Assembly: GCA_038040485.1 (NCBI GenBank)
Contig: JBBPIE010000001.1
Location: 152,014-216,013 of the forward strand
Direction: 5' to 3'
Origin: Candidatus Onstottus arcticum
Lineage (GTDB): Bacteria > Acidobacteriota > Blastocatellia > UBA7656
Length of the DNA stretch: 64,000 bases
Of this stretch, positions 9,606 through 18,947 are shown piece after piece (position 1 is the first letter of the stretch; each line of letters starts with the position of its first letter). The position numbers were made by a program, and so were the translations under genes. The notes under the pieces were generated by a model. The model saw only the letters and a program-made list of their open reading frames with translations. It did not search any database and was not told where the DNA came from.

Positions 9606-9685
9606 GGAAATCTCAAACAGGGATGGTCGCACGCACGAGGAGGCCCGGATCACGGGGCGTCTTGTGCGCGCGGCCATCCCTGTTT
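9606..9685 (+). terminator. Long stem-loop immediately downstream of smc
   Basis: AAACAGGGATGGTCGCACGCACGAG ... CTTGTGCGCGCGGCCATCCCTGTTT are near-perfect inverted arms. No clear U-tract follows. Confidence 0.45.
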
Positions 9686-9703
9686 AAGCTCTGTAGTTGG
9701 GAT

Positions 9704-10408
9704 ATGAGTGCAACCCCGCTTTCATTTCGACTTCTGCTGCTGCTGATGGCCGCCGCAAGCCTCGCCAGTCCGACGGCGGCGCAAAACGGTGACGCCGGGA
9801 CAGGACCAGCGGGCTTGAGCTTGGCATACAAGTTTGAGAACGCACGCTTCTATATTCCGTTGTTGGAGATCGACCTGGCGCGGGACGGCGCCGGCGAGTT
9901 GCGCTTCAAACGCGGCGAATCCGACGAGGTCGTCGATCTAAAATTCAGACTCCTGCCGTCAACGCTGGCCCGAGTTCGCCAGTTGTGCGCAGCGACCCAG
10001 TTTCTGACGTCGGACGCCGGCTATCAAGATAAGAAGGACTTTTCGCATCTAGGCTGGATCAGCATTTCGGCGAGGCAAGGCGCGCTTTCCCGGTCCGTCC
10101 GTTTCAACTACACGACGAACGCCGAGATTCGCGAGTTGGCCGACATCTTTCGGGCTATCGCGACTCAGGAGATCCATGTGTTTGACATGGAGACGGCACA
10201 GCGGTATCAACCGCTCGATCTGCCTGGGCGGCTGGAAGCGGTTGAAAACGATTTGCGGCTGGAGCGGCTGGCCGAGCCCGAAAGGATGCTTGTGCCGCTT
10301 AGCGAGATCGCCGGCGACGACACGCAAGCGTTGATCGCGCGCAATCACGCGAGCCGAATCATCGACGCCATCAAGAAGGGTAAGTTCAAAGCGCCGGTGA
10401 AGAAATAG
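9704..10408 (+). CDS. Hypothetical secreted protein
   Basis: Start chosen at internal ATG 9704 giving a signal peptide MSATPLSFRLLLLLMAAASLASPTAAQ. No recognisable domain. Confidence 0.5.
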   Translation: MSATPLSFRLLLLLMAAASLASPTAAQNGDAGTGPAGLSLAYKFENARFYIPLLEIDLARDGAGELRFKRGESDEVVDLKFRLLPSTLARVRQLCAATQFLTSDAGYQDKKDFSHLGWISISARQGALSRSVRFNYTTNAEIRELADIFRAIATQEIHVFDMETAQRYQPLDLPGRLEAVENDLRLERLAEPERMLVPLSEIAGDDTQALIARNHASRIIDAIKKGKFKAPVKK

Positions 10409-10560
10409 TGGTCAGTCAGTAGTCCGTAGTCCGTTGTCAGTAGTCCGTAGCTACGGATCATCGAGCATAGACGGACTCGTGACTACAGCCGCTGAGTGCG
10501 AGTTACGAACTGCTAACTGCGAGCTACTGACTAAGGACTACTGACTACTGACTACGTGCC
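10408..10560. repeat. Intergenic palindromic simple-repeat element (GTAGTCC/AGTCAGT units)
   Basis: Left arm 'agtggtcagtcagtagtccgtagtccgttgtcagtagtccgtag'. Centre contains ACGGATCATCGAG. Right arm 'ctactgactaaggactactgactactgactacg'. Confidence 0.85.
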
Positions 10561-12081
10561 ATGTTCATACCGAGAGGAAGAGTCATTCACGAGAACCTGG
10601 CGACGAGCTACGTGCTTGTAGAAGCGCTGGTCGCCGACTTGTCTGAGGGCGGCTTCACCGGAGTGGTAGAAGTACTCCTGCGCGATACCGACAGTCACGT
10701 CATCATTTCGCGCGGCGAAGTGACGGCTACCGTTGAAACCCGGCTCAATGCTGAAAGCGGAGCCCGAGCGGTCCTCACGCCTGCGGTTGCCGAGCTTGCA
10801 GCGCGGGCGAAACTCGAACGCGGCCGCGTCTCCGTTTTCAGCTATCCTATGGCCACCTGCAGCGCGATCTCTGGACGAATAAACTCTCAACCGCTCTACA
10901 CGAAGCTGAGCTCCGAATTTGCGGACCTCGAAAGGATGCTCTCCAAACTCGGGCGCGAACCCGACAAGCAGTGGTTTATCGAAATCGAATCGGCAAGCGG
11001 GCTATGCGCGCTGATCCACCTTAACGGCGAACGCTGTCTGGTGATGAGCTCCGACGTTGACCGTCGCGAGGCGGAAGCTAACAGCGCTGATTTGATGCAG
11101 AACTCGGAGGTTCGAGGACTCATCGACGACTTCAACCGGGCGGGAGGCACGTTCGATGTGTTCTTCAAGGAATTGGAAGCGCCAGCGCGCGCGACTGAGT
11201 CGTCGCCAACCCTGCATCAGTGGATTGAACCGCCGGGACTCGCTCGCGAAGGCGTGACCGCCGTTGCGCCCACCTCCGGCAAAGAAGACCACCCGGCAGT
11301 GGCCGAGTCTCAAGACGAAGTAGCCCAGGCGGTGCTGGATGCCAAAACCGCCTATGACTCGCTGTCAGTTGCGGATTCACCTTTCAGCGCCATCGACGAA
11401 CGGGAAGCTGAAGTCGAGTCACCGCCCGATCCGTTGCCACCAAGTCCCGCGGAGTTGGAAGAAGCAAGGCTCGCGGTGCTCGGGCTGGCTCGCGAATCGG
11501 AGTTCGGAAACGATCCGTTCAACGACGAAGCTTCCGAACAGTTTTCATCGGACGAGACGCAATACTCCTCGTTCACGTTCGACTCGCCAGAGGCGGCGGC
11601 TGACGAGAGTCAAGAAGGCGATCTATTGGCTGTCGGTTACGACTTCAAGACTTCGGACGACTTGCAGCGGGCCAGCGAGGCCGAAGTAATGGCCGAAGTG
11701 AAGCGGCTGATGGCTGAGATCGCAAGGACAATCGAAGAGGCTATCGAGTCCGTCGAACAGCGAAGCACGTTTCCGATACACCTTCGCGCCGGGCAGTTGA
11801 AAGTAGCGGACCGCTATCCATTTCTCGATCCGTTCGGACCCGAGTTCGAATACCTGGCTGGCGAGATCGTCTTCGTCGGGCACGTAAGTCCGGCTGAGTT
11901 TGTCGAAGGGCTGACCGAAGCGCTAAAGCTCGCGGTTGACGGAGTGGCTCAAGTCAGCGCGCAGCCTGCGCGGGTCCGCGGGCGTGTCGCGGACGTTCTG
12001 CGAAGACTGCTGAACCGGCAGCAAACGGAGTTTGAAGCGTATGGGTTGGATGAGTCGGTCCGTGAAATCCTGGATGCATGA
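10561..12081 (+). CDS. Hypothetical protein with acidic low-complexity central region
   Basis: 506-aa ORF with good coding periodicity. The N-terminal segment is possibly duplicated around residue 140 and looks DUF4388/roadblock-like (weak). Central region is D/E/S-rich and likely disordered. Confidence 0.5.
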   Translation: MFIPRGRVIHENLATSYVLVEALVADLSEGGFTGVVEVLLRDTDSHVIISRGEVTATVETRLNAESGARAVLTPAVAELAARAKLERGRVSVFSYPMATCSAISGRINSQPLYTKLSSEFADLERMLSKLGREPDKQWFIEIESASGLCALIHLNGERCLVMSSDVDRREAEANSADLMQNSEVRGLIDDFNRAGGTFDVFFKELEAPARATESSPTLHQWIEPPGLAREGVTAVAPTSGKEDHPAVAESQDEVAQAVLDAKTAYDSLSVADSPFSAIDEREAEVESPPDPLPPSPAELEEARLAVLGLARESEFGNDPFNDEASEQFSSDETQYSSFTFDSPEAAADESQEGDLLAVGYDFKTSDDLQRASEAEVMAEVKRLMAEIARTIEEAIESVEQRSTFPIHLRAGQLKVADRYPFLDPFGPEFEYLAGEIVFVGHVSPAEFVEGLTEALKLAVDGVAQVSAQPARVRGRVADVLRRLLNRQQTEFEAYGLDESVREILDA

Positions 12082-12099
12082 CCTCCCTTGAAACTCGGC

Positions 12100-13047
12100 T
12101 CAAGACGATCCTCTCAGGTACTCAACTGCCTCTTCGAAAGCTCGCTGCTCATCGCCAAACCGATTGATCCACTTCACATCAGGCCACGAGCGCCACCATG
12201 AAAGCTGACGCTTGGCATAGTGGCGTGTGTCGAGCTTCATCTGATTCAACGCGTCTTCGCGTGATCGCTTTCCCTCCAGGTACTCCACCACCCTTCGGTA
12301 TCCATGAGCCCCGAACGCCTTTGCCGATGCGGGCACGCCTGACGCGATCAGCGATTCAACCTCTTCGACAAGTCCGCCGGCAAACATGCGCTCGGCCCGG
12401 GCGTTGATCCTCGCATACAGCTCGTCGCGCGGCGGGTTGAGTGCGATCACCCGAATGCGCGCGGCGAATTCCGGAGGAGCAGGACCGCCGGTTCTCACTT
12501 CCGAAATTCTCTGCCCGGTTTGAAAAAAGACTTCCAGAGCACGCATCGTTCGAGACCAATCTCGAGGGCTGATTGTCTTTGCTGCCTCGGCGTCCACGCG
12601 GCTGAGGATGTGGTGCAAGTGTTCCGTGCCTCGCTTGTCGCGAAGCGCAATGAGCCTGTTGCGAAACGCGGTGTTTGTTTCCGGCCCTTCAAACAGCGGG
12701 CGCATCAAGGCGCGCAAGTAGAAGCCGGTGCCGCCAACCAAAACCGCGGACCGGCCGCGCGTTTCGATCTCGCTCACAGTCCGCGCAGCAACCCGCGCGT
12801 ACTCGCCGGCTGTGAAGTTCTGGGCGGGCTCGGCAATATCGATCAAGTGATGAGGCACCCCGCGGCGCTCGGCAAGCGGCACCTTCGCAGTGGCGACGTA
12901 GATTCCTCGATAGACCTGAACTGAATCGAGGTTGACGATTTCGCCCGAGGAGACCAGCGCAAGCAGCAGACCTAGCTCGCTCTTGCCCGAGGCGGTCGGA
13001 CCAACGATCGCCGGAATCAATCGCGCCGGACCATCATCGCTTTTCAC
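12100..13047 (-). CDS. miaA: tRNA dimethylallyltransferase
   Basis: P-loop IVGPTASGKSELGL. Also the motifs NLDSVQVYRGIYVATAKV and HHLIDI typical of MiaA. Confidence 0.9.
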   Translation of the reverse strand: MKSDDGPARLIPAIVGPTASGKSELGLLLALVSSGEIVNLDSVQVYRGIYVATAKVPLAERRGVPHHLIDIAEPAQNFTAGEYARVAARTVSEIETRGRSAVLVGGTGFYLRALMRPLFEGPETNTAFRNRLIALRDKRGTEHLHHILSRVDAEAAKTISPRDWSRTMRALEVFFQTGQRISEVRTGGPAPPEFAARIRVIALNPPRDELYARINARAERMFAGGLVEEVESLIASGVPASAKAFGAHGYRRVVEYLEGKRSREDALNQMKLDTRHYAKRQLSWWRSWPDVKWINRFGDEQRAFEEAVEYLRGSS

Positions 13048-13445
13048 GCGGCGATGTTAGCAACCGACCCGAGGAGTAACAAGCGAACGAGCTGCAAACG
13101 TTGCCGGCAGATGGGTCTCCGGTGGCGGTTCCGACCAAAGCTTGGATTTTGCGCTACGTTCTTCTTGACACTGATTGGTGGTTGCGCTAGGATGCGGCCC
13201 ACCTCGCAACAACTAAACATTCACTCAGAGCAGTCGGGAAAAGGCTTGAGCAGCACGCATTCAAAGCTTGGTAAAGCCACAATATCGAAGCTCGCAAGGG
13301 CGGAGCTTCCGGGTTGCGGTCTTGCGTTCTACGCTTCGCTCCCGGCGTCGAAACGCCTGGGGCAGCGGCTGACAACGGCACCGAATGCAAATTCACTGAG
13401 GTGAATGAGGCTCAGCGCGGCAACACTTGGAGGAGGATTCTCAGG

Positions 13446-13652
13446 ATGTCAACATCACAGGGAAAGGTGAAATGGTTTAGCAATGCCAAGGGCTATGGCT
13501 TCATCGAGCAGCCGGGAGGGGCCGACGTATTCGTCCACTACTCGGCGATTCAAGACGAAGGCTACAAGTCTTTGAAGCAAGGCGAGACGGTGGAGTACGA
13601 AGTAGTCGAGGGCCCCAAGGGACCTCAGGCCGAAGCCGTGAAGCGGCTCTGA
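13446..13652 (+). CDS. Cold-shock protein (CspA family)
   Basis: [14 protein letters not shown] (RNP1) and VFVHYSAI (RNP2). About 68 aa from internal ATG 13446. The listed longer ORF start at 13314 is unlikely. Confidence 0.9.
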   Translation: MSTSQGKVKWFSNAKGYGFIEQPGGADVFVHYSAIQDEGYKSLKQGETVEYEVVEGPKGPQAEAVKRL

Positions 13653-13685
13653 GCATAATCAGGCGCATCTATTACGCTCGCAAAG

Positions 13686-13715
13686 GCCCCGCCCTGAGAA
13701 AGCGGGGCTTTTTTG
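13686..13715 (+). terminator. Rho-independent terminator after the csp gene
   Basis: GCCCCGCCC-TGAGAAA-GCGGGGC followed by TTTTTTG. Confidence 0.8.
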
Positions 13716-13728
13716 TCACGAAACTGTC

Positions 13729-14298
13729 TCACTCCGCGGCCGCCGCGCGCGCCGAGAATTTCACCCGGCCATTTTGGACGCCTACTACAAAGTCAACTGC
13801 GCTCGTCGCCAAATGACTCTTGATGTTGTAAGCGCGTGAGGTGAGGAACTGAGTGAACACCTCGAGGCTTAGCGCGCCGATTCGTTCGCCGCACTCGCGC
13901 TTGGCCGCGATCAAATGATCGTAAAGCTCGCTGACCTTCTCCGGTTCCTGCAGCGGGTCGTAGCAGCGTATAACCGTGGTGTGCTCGCGAAGCGCTGTGT
14001 GAGCTTCCACCGTAGGCGGCCGCCCGCTCTCCTCGCGCTCTTGAGTCTGCCGCCGCCACAGCTCGCGCATCACGTTGTAACGCGCGACCAGACCGTTGTA
14101 TCTGAACCGCTGGCCAAAAGACGTTCCGCGCATGTCGTAGACGCGCTTGATGCTGGTTTCGACGCGACCCTTCGTTTCATACGGCGGGCGAATAGTTCCA
14201 CCGTTGAAGAAGATGTCGTACTCGACCTTCAGCCGGCGAATCTCGTGTTCGAGGCGATCCAAATCCAGATCAATTGGATTAATTGCTTTAGCATCCAT
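13729..14298 (-). CDS. Hypothetical protein
   Basis: 189-aa ORF with good codon usage. No domain recognised by eye. Confidence 0.45.
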   Translation of the reverse strand: MDAKAINPIDLDLDRLEHEIRRLKVEYDIFFNGGTIRPPYETKGRVETSIKRVYDMRGTSFGQRFRYNGLVARYNVMRELWRRQTQEREESGRPPTVEAHTALREHTTVIRCYDPLQEPEKVSELYDHLIAAKRECGERIGALSLEVFTQFLTSRAYNIKSHLATSAVDFVVGVQNGRVKFSARAAAAE

Positions 14299-14390
14299 AC
14301 GGGTGAGTCTCGATTCGAGGACTTATTTTAGGGCCGTGGGGGATGTGTTAGAATGTACGGCAGGCACTCAGAGGTGTCAACAGAAATCAC

Positions 14391-15872
14391 ATGCACAACG
14401 AACTGCTTAGATCGCTGCCCTCGATTGAGCGGCTGCTTGCCGGTGAAGCTGCCGAGCGGCTCTCAGCAGCGTTGAACCGCGGCATCGTGCGCGACTTGTT
14501 ACGCGAGATCCTGGAGCAGATGCGGCACGAGATCGAAGTCCAAAGTCCAAAGTCCAAAGTCCAGAGTCCAGAGTCCGGCGTGACGGATCAGACGTTGGAC
14601 TTTGGACTTTGGACTTTGGACCTTCCTTCCGAGATCGAGCGGCGGCTTGAAGCGCGCGCGGCGGGTCTGACCACTCCTTCGCTGCGCCGGGTGATCAACG
14701 CAACCGGTGTCATAATCCACACAAACCTGGGGCGCGCTCCGCTTGCAAAAGCAGCGATCGAGGCGCTGGCCGGCGTGGCTTCTCGCTACTCAAACCTTGA
14801 ATACGACCTCTCCCGAGGCGAGCGAGGGCATCGCGAGTCGCATTGTCAGGAGCTGCTGGCACGCCTTGCAGGAAGCGATGCTGCCATCGTCGCCAACAAC
14901 AACGCGGCAGCCGTGATGCTTGTGCTGAATACGCTTGCGGAAGGCGGCGAAGCGATTGTCTCGCGCGGCGAGCTGATCGAGATCGGCGGGAGCTTTCGAA
15001 TTCCCGACGTGATCGAAAAAAGCGGCGCGCGATTGCGCGAAGTCGGAACGACCAACAGAACACGCATCGCCGATTATGAGCGCGCCATCAACGAGCGGAC
15101 GAAACTCGTTCTGCGAGTGCATCCTTCGAACTACAAGATCACTGGCTTCACCGAACGGCCCTCGGTTCACGAGATCGCCGAGCTCGCGCGGCGCGCCGGA
15201 ATTCCATCTTTCGAAGATCTCGGCTCGGGGTGTTTGATCGATCTTTCGCGTTACGGAGTTACCGGCGAGCCTGTTGTCCGGAATTCGCTCGACGCTGGAA
15301 TCTCGGTAGTCTCGTTCAGCGGCGACAAGATGCTGGGCGGCCCGCAAGCGGGAATCATCGCCGGCTCGCGCGAGATCATCGATCGCGTGCGTAAGAACGC
15401 GTTGATGCGGGCACTTCGAGTTGACAAGATGACTTACGCCGCGCTCGAGGCGACCCTGAGGCTCTATGAGCGCGGCGCCGCGGAATCGGAAGTGCCCGTC
15501 ATCCGCGCGATCGCCGCCTCGCGGGACGAGGTCGCAGACCGAGCCGCCAGCTTCAGCATTCTGGTCGAGGCCAGAACCAACGGGCGGGTCAAAGCCTCAT
15601 GCGAAGACGGCGAGTCAGTCATTGGAGGCGGCTCAGCACCTGACGCGAAGCTTCAAACCGTTCTAGTCTCGCTCGAACACAGCGAGGCGTCGGCGGCCTC
15701 GCTGGAAGCGCGGCTTCGATGCAACCCGGTTCCGATCATCGCACGCACCGAGCGCGGCCGCGTGTTGATCGACTTGCGCACGGTGGCTGCCGATGAGGAG
15801 AAGACGATTCTGGATGCGCTGGCCGCAATCGGCGAACCCGTGCCGGTGACTGCGGCATCAGCAGAGATGTAG
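14391..15872 (+). CDS. selA: L-seryl-tRNA(Sec) selenium transferase
   Basis: RRVINATGVIIHTNLGRAPL, the PLP-lysine region FSGDKMLGGPQAGIIAG and the overall SelA layout. Confidence 0.88.
   Translation: MHNELLRSLPSIERLLAGEAAERLSAALNRGIVRDLLREILEQMRHEIEVQSPKSKVQSPESGVTDQTLDFGLWTLDLPSEIERRLEARAAGLTTPSLRRVINATGVIIHTNLGRAPLAKAAIEALAGVASRYSNLEYDLSRGERGHRESHCQELLARLAGSDAAIVANNNAAAVMLVLNTLAEGGEAIVSRGELIEIGGSFRIPDVIEKSGARLREVGTTNRTRIADYERAINERTKLVLRVHPSNYKITGFTERPSVHEIAELARRAGIPSFEDLGSGCLIDLSRYGVTGEPVVRNSLDAGISVVSFSGDKMLGGPQAGIIAGSREIIDRVRKNALMRALRVDKMTYAALEATLRLYERGAAESEVPVIRAIAASRDEVADRAASFSILVEARTNGRVKASCEDGESVIGGGSAPDAKLQTVLVSLEHSEASAASLEARLRCNPVPIIARTERGRVLIDLRTVAADEEKTILDALAAIGEPVPVTAASAEM
14537..14624. 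repeat. Palindromic simple-repeat element, in-frame inside selA
   Basis: (GTCCAAA)x3-(GTCCAGA)x2 ... centre GACGGATCAGACG ... (TTGGACT-type)x4. Encodes VQSPKSKVQSPESGVTDQTLDFGLWTLDL in the N-terminal region of SelA. Confidence 0.85.
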
Positions 15873-15887
15873 AGAGGAACAACCCCT

Positions 15888-17456
15888 TTGGCAAAGATGA
15901 GTCTGTTGTTGTTTGCTTTGATTCAAGCACAAGAGCCGCGCCGGCTTTCAAAGACCGTAGTAGTCGTTGTGGTTTTTGTTTTTCTGGCTGGTGTGTCGCT
16001 GCTTGTTTACTTTTTCCGCCGCTACAAGAAAACCGAGAAGGAAGCTCAGGACGAATGGGATCGGCCGGAGCAGAGCTTGTTCGCGGCCCCTGCACTGCCG
16101 GCGGATCGAGAACAGCCGCATTCGGCAGCAACGGCTGCGAGCGCTCACGATGAAATTCCTGAACCGGTTGGCGAGCCAATGCACGACCCGTCTCTGGCCT
16201 TGGCGATTGATCCTCAGCCACCGGTTGAGACGCAGCCGTCTACCGCGGGGGTCGACAACGATGTGACGACACCGATCATCGCCGCCGCGCCAATCGATGA
16301 GATTTCTCAACCTGCAACCCAGGTACTTTCAAGCCCGAGTCGCGAACCAGAAAGCGACGCTGCGATTGAGGCGATTTCCTTCGATGATGATGATCTGTGG
16401 GCAGGGCTCGAGGCGGCTGAGCAGGAGAGTCCGGCATCCACGCAACTACTGGGAGTCGAAGCAGCACCGGCGGAACCACTCGCGGAGATTCAAATCCCAA
16501 CCGAGATCGCCGAGCCCGCGAAGCTCCAGTCCCAAACGTCCCAAACCGAACTGCTCGGAGCTGCACGCGTCGATGCGCCAGCGCCGCGCGAGCCCTTCGA
16601 GCCGCCCAGCATCACGCGCATCGTTCATCGTGAGCCCTGGGAGCCGCCGCACATCGAGCCGCTCAAGCCGCGCGTGCAATCGCCCCCAACGCTCGCGGAG
16701 CCAACCGCTGCGAACACCCAGTTGCTCGCGTCGCCGCCGGCCTTGCACCAGCCGCCGCCCGCGTCTGCTGAAATTGTCGCTGCATCCGGAACATCGCTAG
16801 CAGAAACAGAAGCTCCTTTAGTTGCTCCGGCCGGCGCGCGCGCGATGAGAATTCCTGCCGGCTCGATCTTAGGTCTTCCGGCTGAGCGATCGCACGCGCC
16901 GCTGGTGCTTGGAGAGCCGGCGAGGCCAAGGGATGAGATAGGAATCGGCGCTCTCTCGAACTACGGAAAGAGCGCCGAAAGCGGCGGGCACGCGGGCACA
17001 ATCGCGCTGGGAGTAGTGATCTTGCTGGTAGGTGGAGCGATCGCGTCGTATCTGCTCGTGCCGTCGGTCAAAACACGAGCTAACGAGGTAGTAGCGCGCA
17101 TTCGCGGAATCGATCCGAACCCACCTCCAGCGATCGACCAACCAAAGGCGAGAATCTTCCTGGCGCGTGGCGAGGCTGTTAAGAACACCGTCAAGGCGCG
17201 GGGCGCGGTCGACAACGTCTCCGAAGAAACGCTGAACGACTTGTCGGTGGAAGTGTCGATCGAGCGGTGGAACGGAGCGCCTCCCGAAATCCGAAAGATC
17301 GCAGTCAAGCCTGCTCAGCTCATCCCGAACCAGCGCGGTGTTTTTGAGTTTGAGTACGACGGCAACCGGGCTACGGGTTTTAGCGGCTACCGGCCCGTGC
17401 GGCTGGTTTCAGGGGAAGCCGAGATCAAATTCTCGACGCCCGCAAAAACGGGGTAA
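15888..17456 (+). CDS. Proline-rich membrane-anchored hypothetical protein
   Basis: N-terminal TM helix VVVVVVFVFLAGVSLLVYFF. Long P/A/E-rich low-complexity region. Second hydrophobic segment near residue 370. Confidence 0.5.
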   Translation: MAKMSLLLFALIQAQEPRRLSKTVVVVVVFVFLAGVSLLVYFFRRYKKTEKEAQDEWDRPEQSLFAAPALPADREQPHSAATAASAHDEIPEPVGEPMHDPSLALAIDPQPPVETQPSTAGVDNDVTTPIIAAAPIDEISQPATQVLSSPSREPESDAAIEAISFDDDDLWAGLEAAEQESPASTQLLGVEAAPAEPLAEIQIPTEIAEPAKLQSQTSQTELLGAARVDAPAPREPFEPPSITRIVHREPWEPPHIEPLKPRVQSPPTLAEPTAANTQLLASPPALHQPPPASAEIVAASGTSLAETEAPLVAPAGARAMRIPAGSILGLPAERSHAPLVLGEPARPRDEIGIGALSNYGKSAESGGHAGTIALGVVILLVGGAIASYLLVPSVKTRANEVVARIRGIDPNPPPAIDQPKARIFLARGEAVKNTVKARGAVDNVSEETLNDLSVEVSIERWNGAPPEIRKIAVKPAQLIPNQRGVFEFEYDGNRATGFSGYRPVRLVSGEAEIKFSTPAKTG

Positions 17457-17738
17457 AGCGGAATCCGGCGAGTCAGATCACTGCGGTACGGGCTCCGGAG
17501 CCCTCCCGCTATCCCCTGACTTAATTACTGTTGCGGCGGATTTGGGTTGCGCTTATAATACGACCCGCTGAGCTTAACCCCCTCAAAGTTCTCAAAGATG
17601 CCCTCGTAGTTCGACGCAAGCCCGACTTCCTGCGTGACTCGTGCTGTGTCGGGCGTTTCCCTTCGGTCGCGATAAGCGTCGCGGCCGTCCCCGCGTGATT
17701 CCTGAACCAAGCTGACAAGCTTTGCGAGGCAAGCGCTA

Positions 17739-18947
17739 ATGTCACCGAGCATCGATCAACTCCTCACCATTGCGTGCAGTAAGGGCGCGTCTGATCTTCA
17801 CATCAAAGCGGGAAGCTTTCCTTTCATGCGGATCAACGGCGAGCTTCAGCCGATGGTCGAAGCTCAAAGGTTGTCGGGCGAAGACACGCTCAACATGGCC
17901 TTCTCGATCATGAACAATCGCCAGAAGCAACGCTTCGGTGAGAACTCGGAAATCGATATCGCATACGGGGTTTCCGGGCTCGGCCGCTTTCGCTGCAACA
18001 TCTTCCAACAGCGCGGAACGGTCGGCATGGTGTTGAGGGTCATCCCTACGACAGTCCGGACCACCGAAGAGTTGCGGCTGCCAACAGTCATCGAAAAGAT
18101 AGCCGACGAGAATCGCGGGCTGGTGCTGGTCACCGGCTCGACCGGATCAGGCAAGTCAACCACGCTCGCGGCGATGATCGACTACATGAACCGTGCACGG
18201 ACCGGCCACATAGTCACGATCGAAGACCCGATCGAGTTTCTTCATCGCGACAAAAAGTCTTATGTGAATCAGCGAGAGGTTGACGTCGACACCCGAAGCT
18301 TCTCGGAAGCCTTGCGAGGAGCATTGCGGCAAGACCCCGACATCATCCTGGTTGGCGAGATGCGCGACTACGAGACAATAGAAACCGCGATGACCGCCGC
18401 CGAGACGGGACATCTGGTGCTGTCGACTTTGCACACGCTCGACGCGACCGAGACGATCAACCGAATAGTTTCGGTCTTCCCGCCGCATCAACAGCGCGCG
18501 ATTCGTTTGCAGCTCGCCGGAGTTCTCAAATCGGTTATCTCGATGCGGCTCGTTCGCGCAGCCGAAGCCATACAGGGCCGCGTCCCCGCGGTCGAAGTGA
18601 TGATCGTGACCCCTTATATTCGCGATTGCATTATTCATCCGGAAAAAACCGCGATGATTCGCGACGCGATCGCGCAAGGAACCTCGCAGTACGGTATGCA
18701 GACCTTCGATCAGTCGTTGTTTGATCTGTACACTCGCGGGTTGATAACATACGAAGAGGCACTCAACGGAGCGACCAACCCCGACGAGTTCCGATTGCGA
18801 GTATCCGGCGTGAGGTCGGCGGCCGACCAGGGACGCGACGACATGGAGCGCGCTCGAAGGAAGACCGGCCCGCTTGATGCCACCAAGCCCGAGACTAAAC
18901 AGTTCGTCAATTGGCTTTTAGAAGGAACAGAACAAGTGACAAGGTAG
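17739..18947 (+). CDS. pilT: Type IV pilus retraction ATPase PilT (twitching motility protein)
   Basis: GLVLVTGSTGSGKSTTLAAMIDYMN Walker A. Also IVTIEDPIEF and ILVGEMRDYETIETAMTAAETGHLVLSTLHT, typical of PilT/PilU. About 55-aa C-terminal extension. Confidence 0.88.
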   Translation: MSPSIDQLLTIACSKGASDLHIKAGSFPFMRINGELQPMVEAQRLSGEDTLNMAFSIMNNRQKQRFGENSEIDIAYGVSGLGRFRCNIFQQRGTVGMVLRVIPTTVRTTEELRLPTVIEKIADENRGLVLVTGSTGSGKSTTLAAMIDYMNRARTGHIVTIEDPIEFLHRDKKSYVNQREVDVDTRSFSEALRGALRQDPDIILVGEMRDYETIETAMTAAETGHLVLSTLHTLDATETINRIVSVFPPHQQRAIRLQLAGVLKSVISMRLVRAAEAIQGRVPAVEVMIVTPYIRDCIIHPEKTAMIRDAIAQGTSQYGMQTFDQSLFDLYTRGLITYEEALNGATNPDEFRLRVSGVRSAADQGRDDMERARRKTGPLDATKPETKQFVNWLLEGTEQVTR

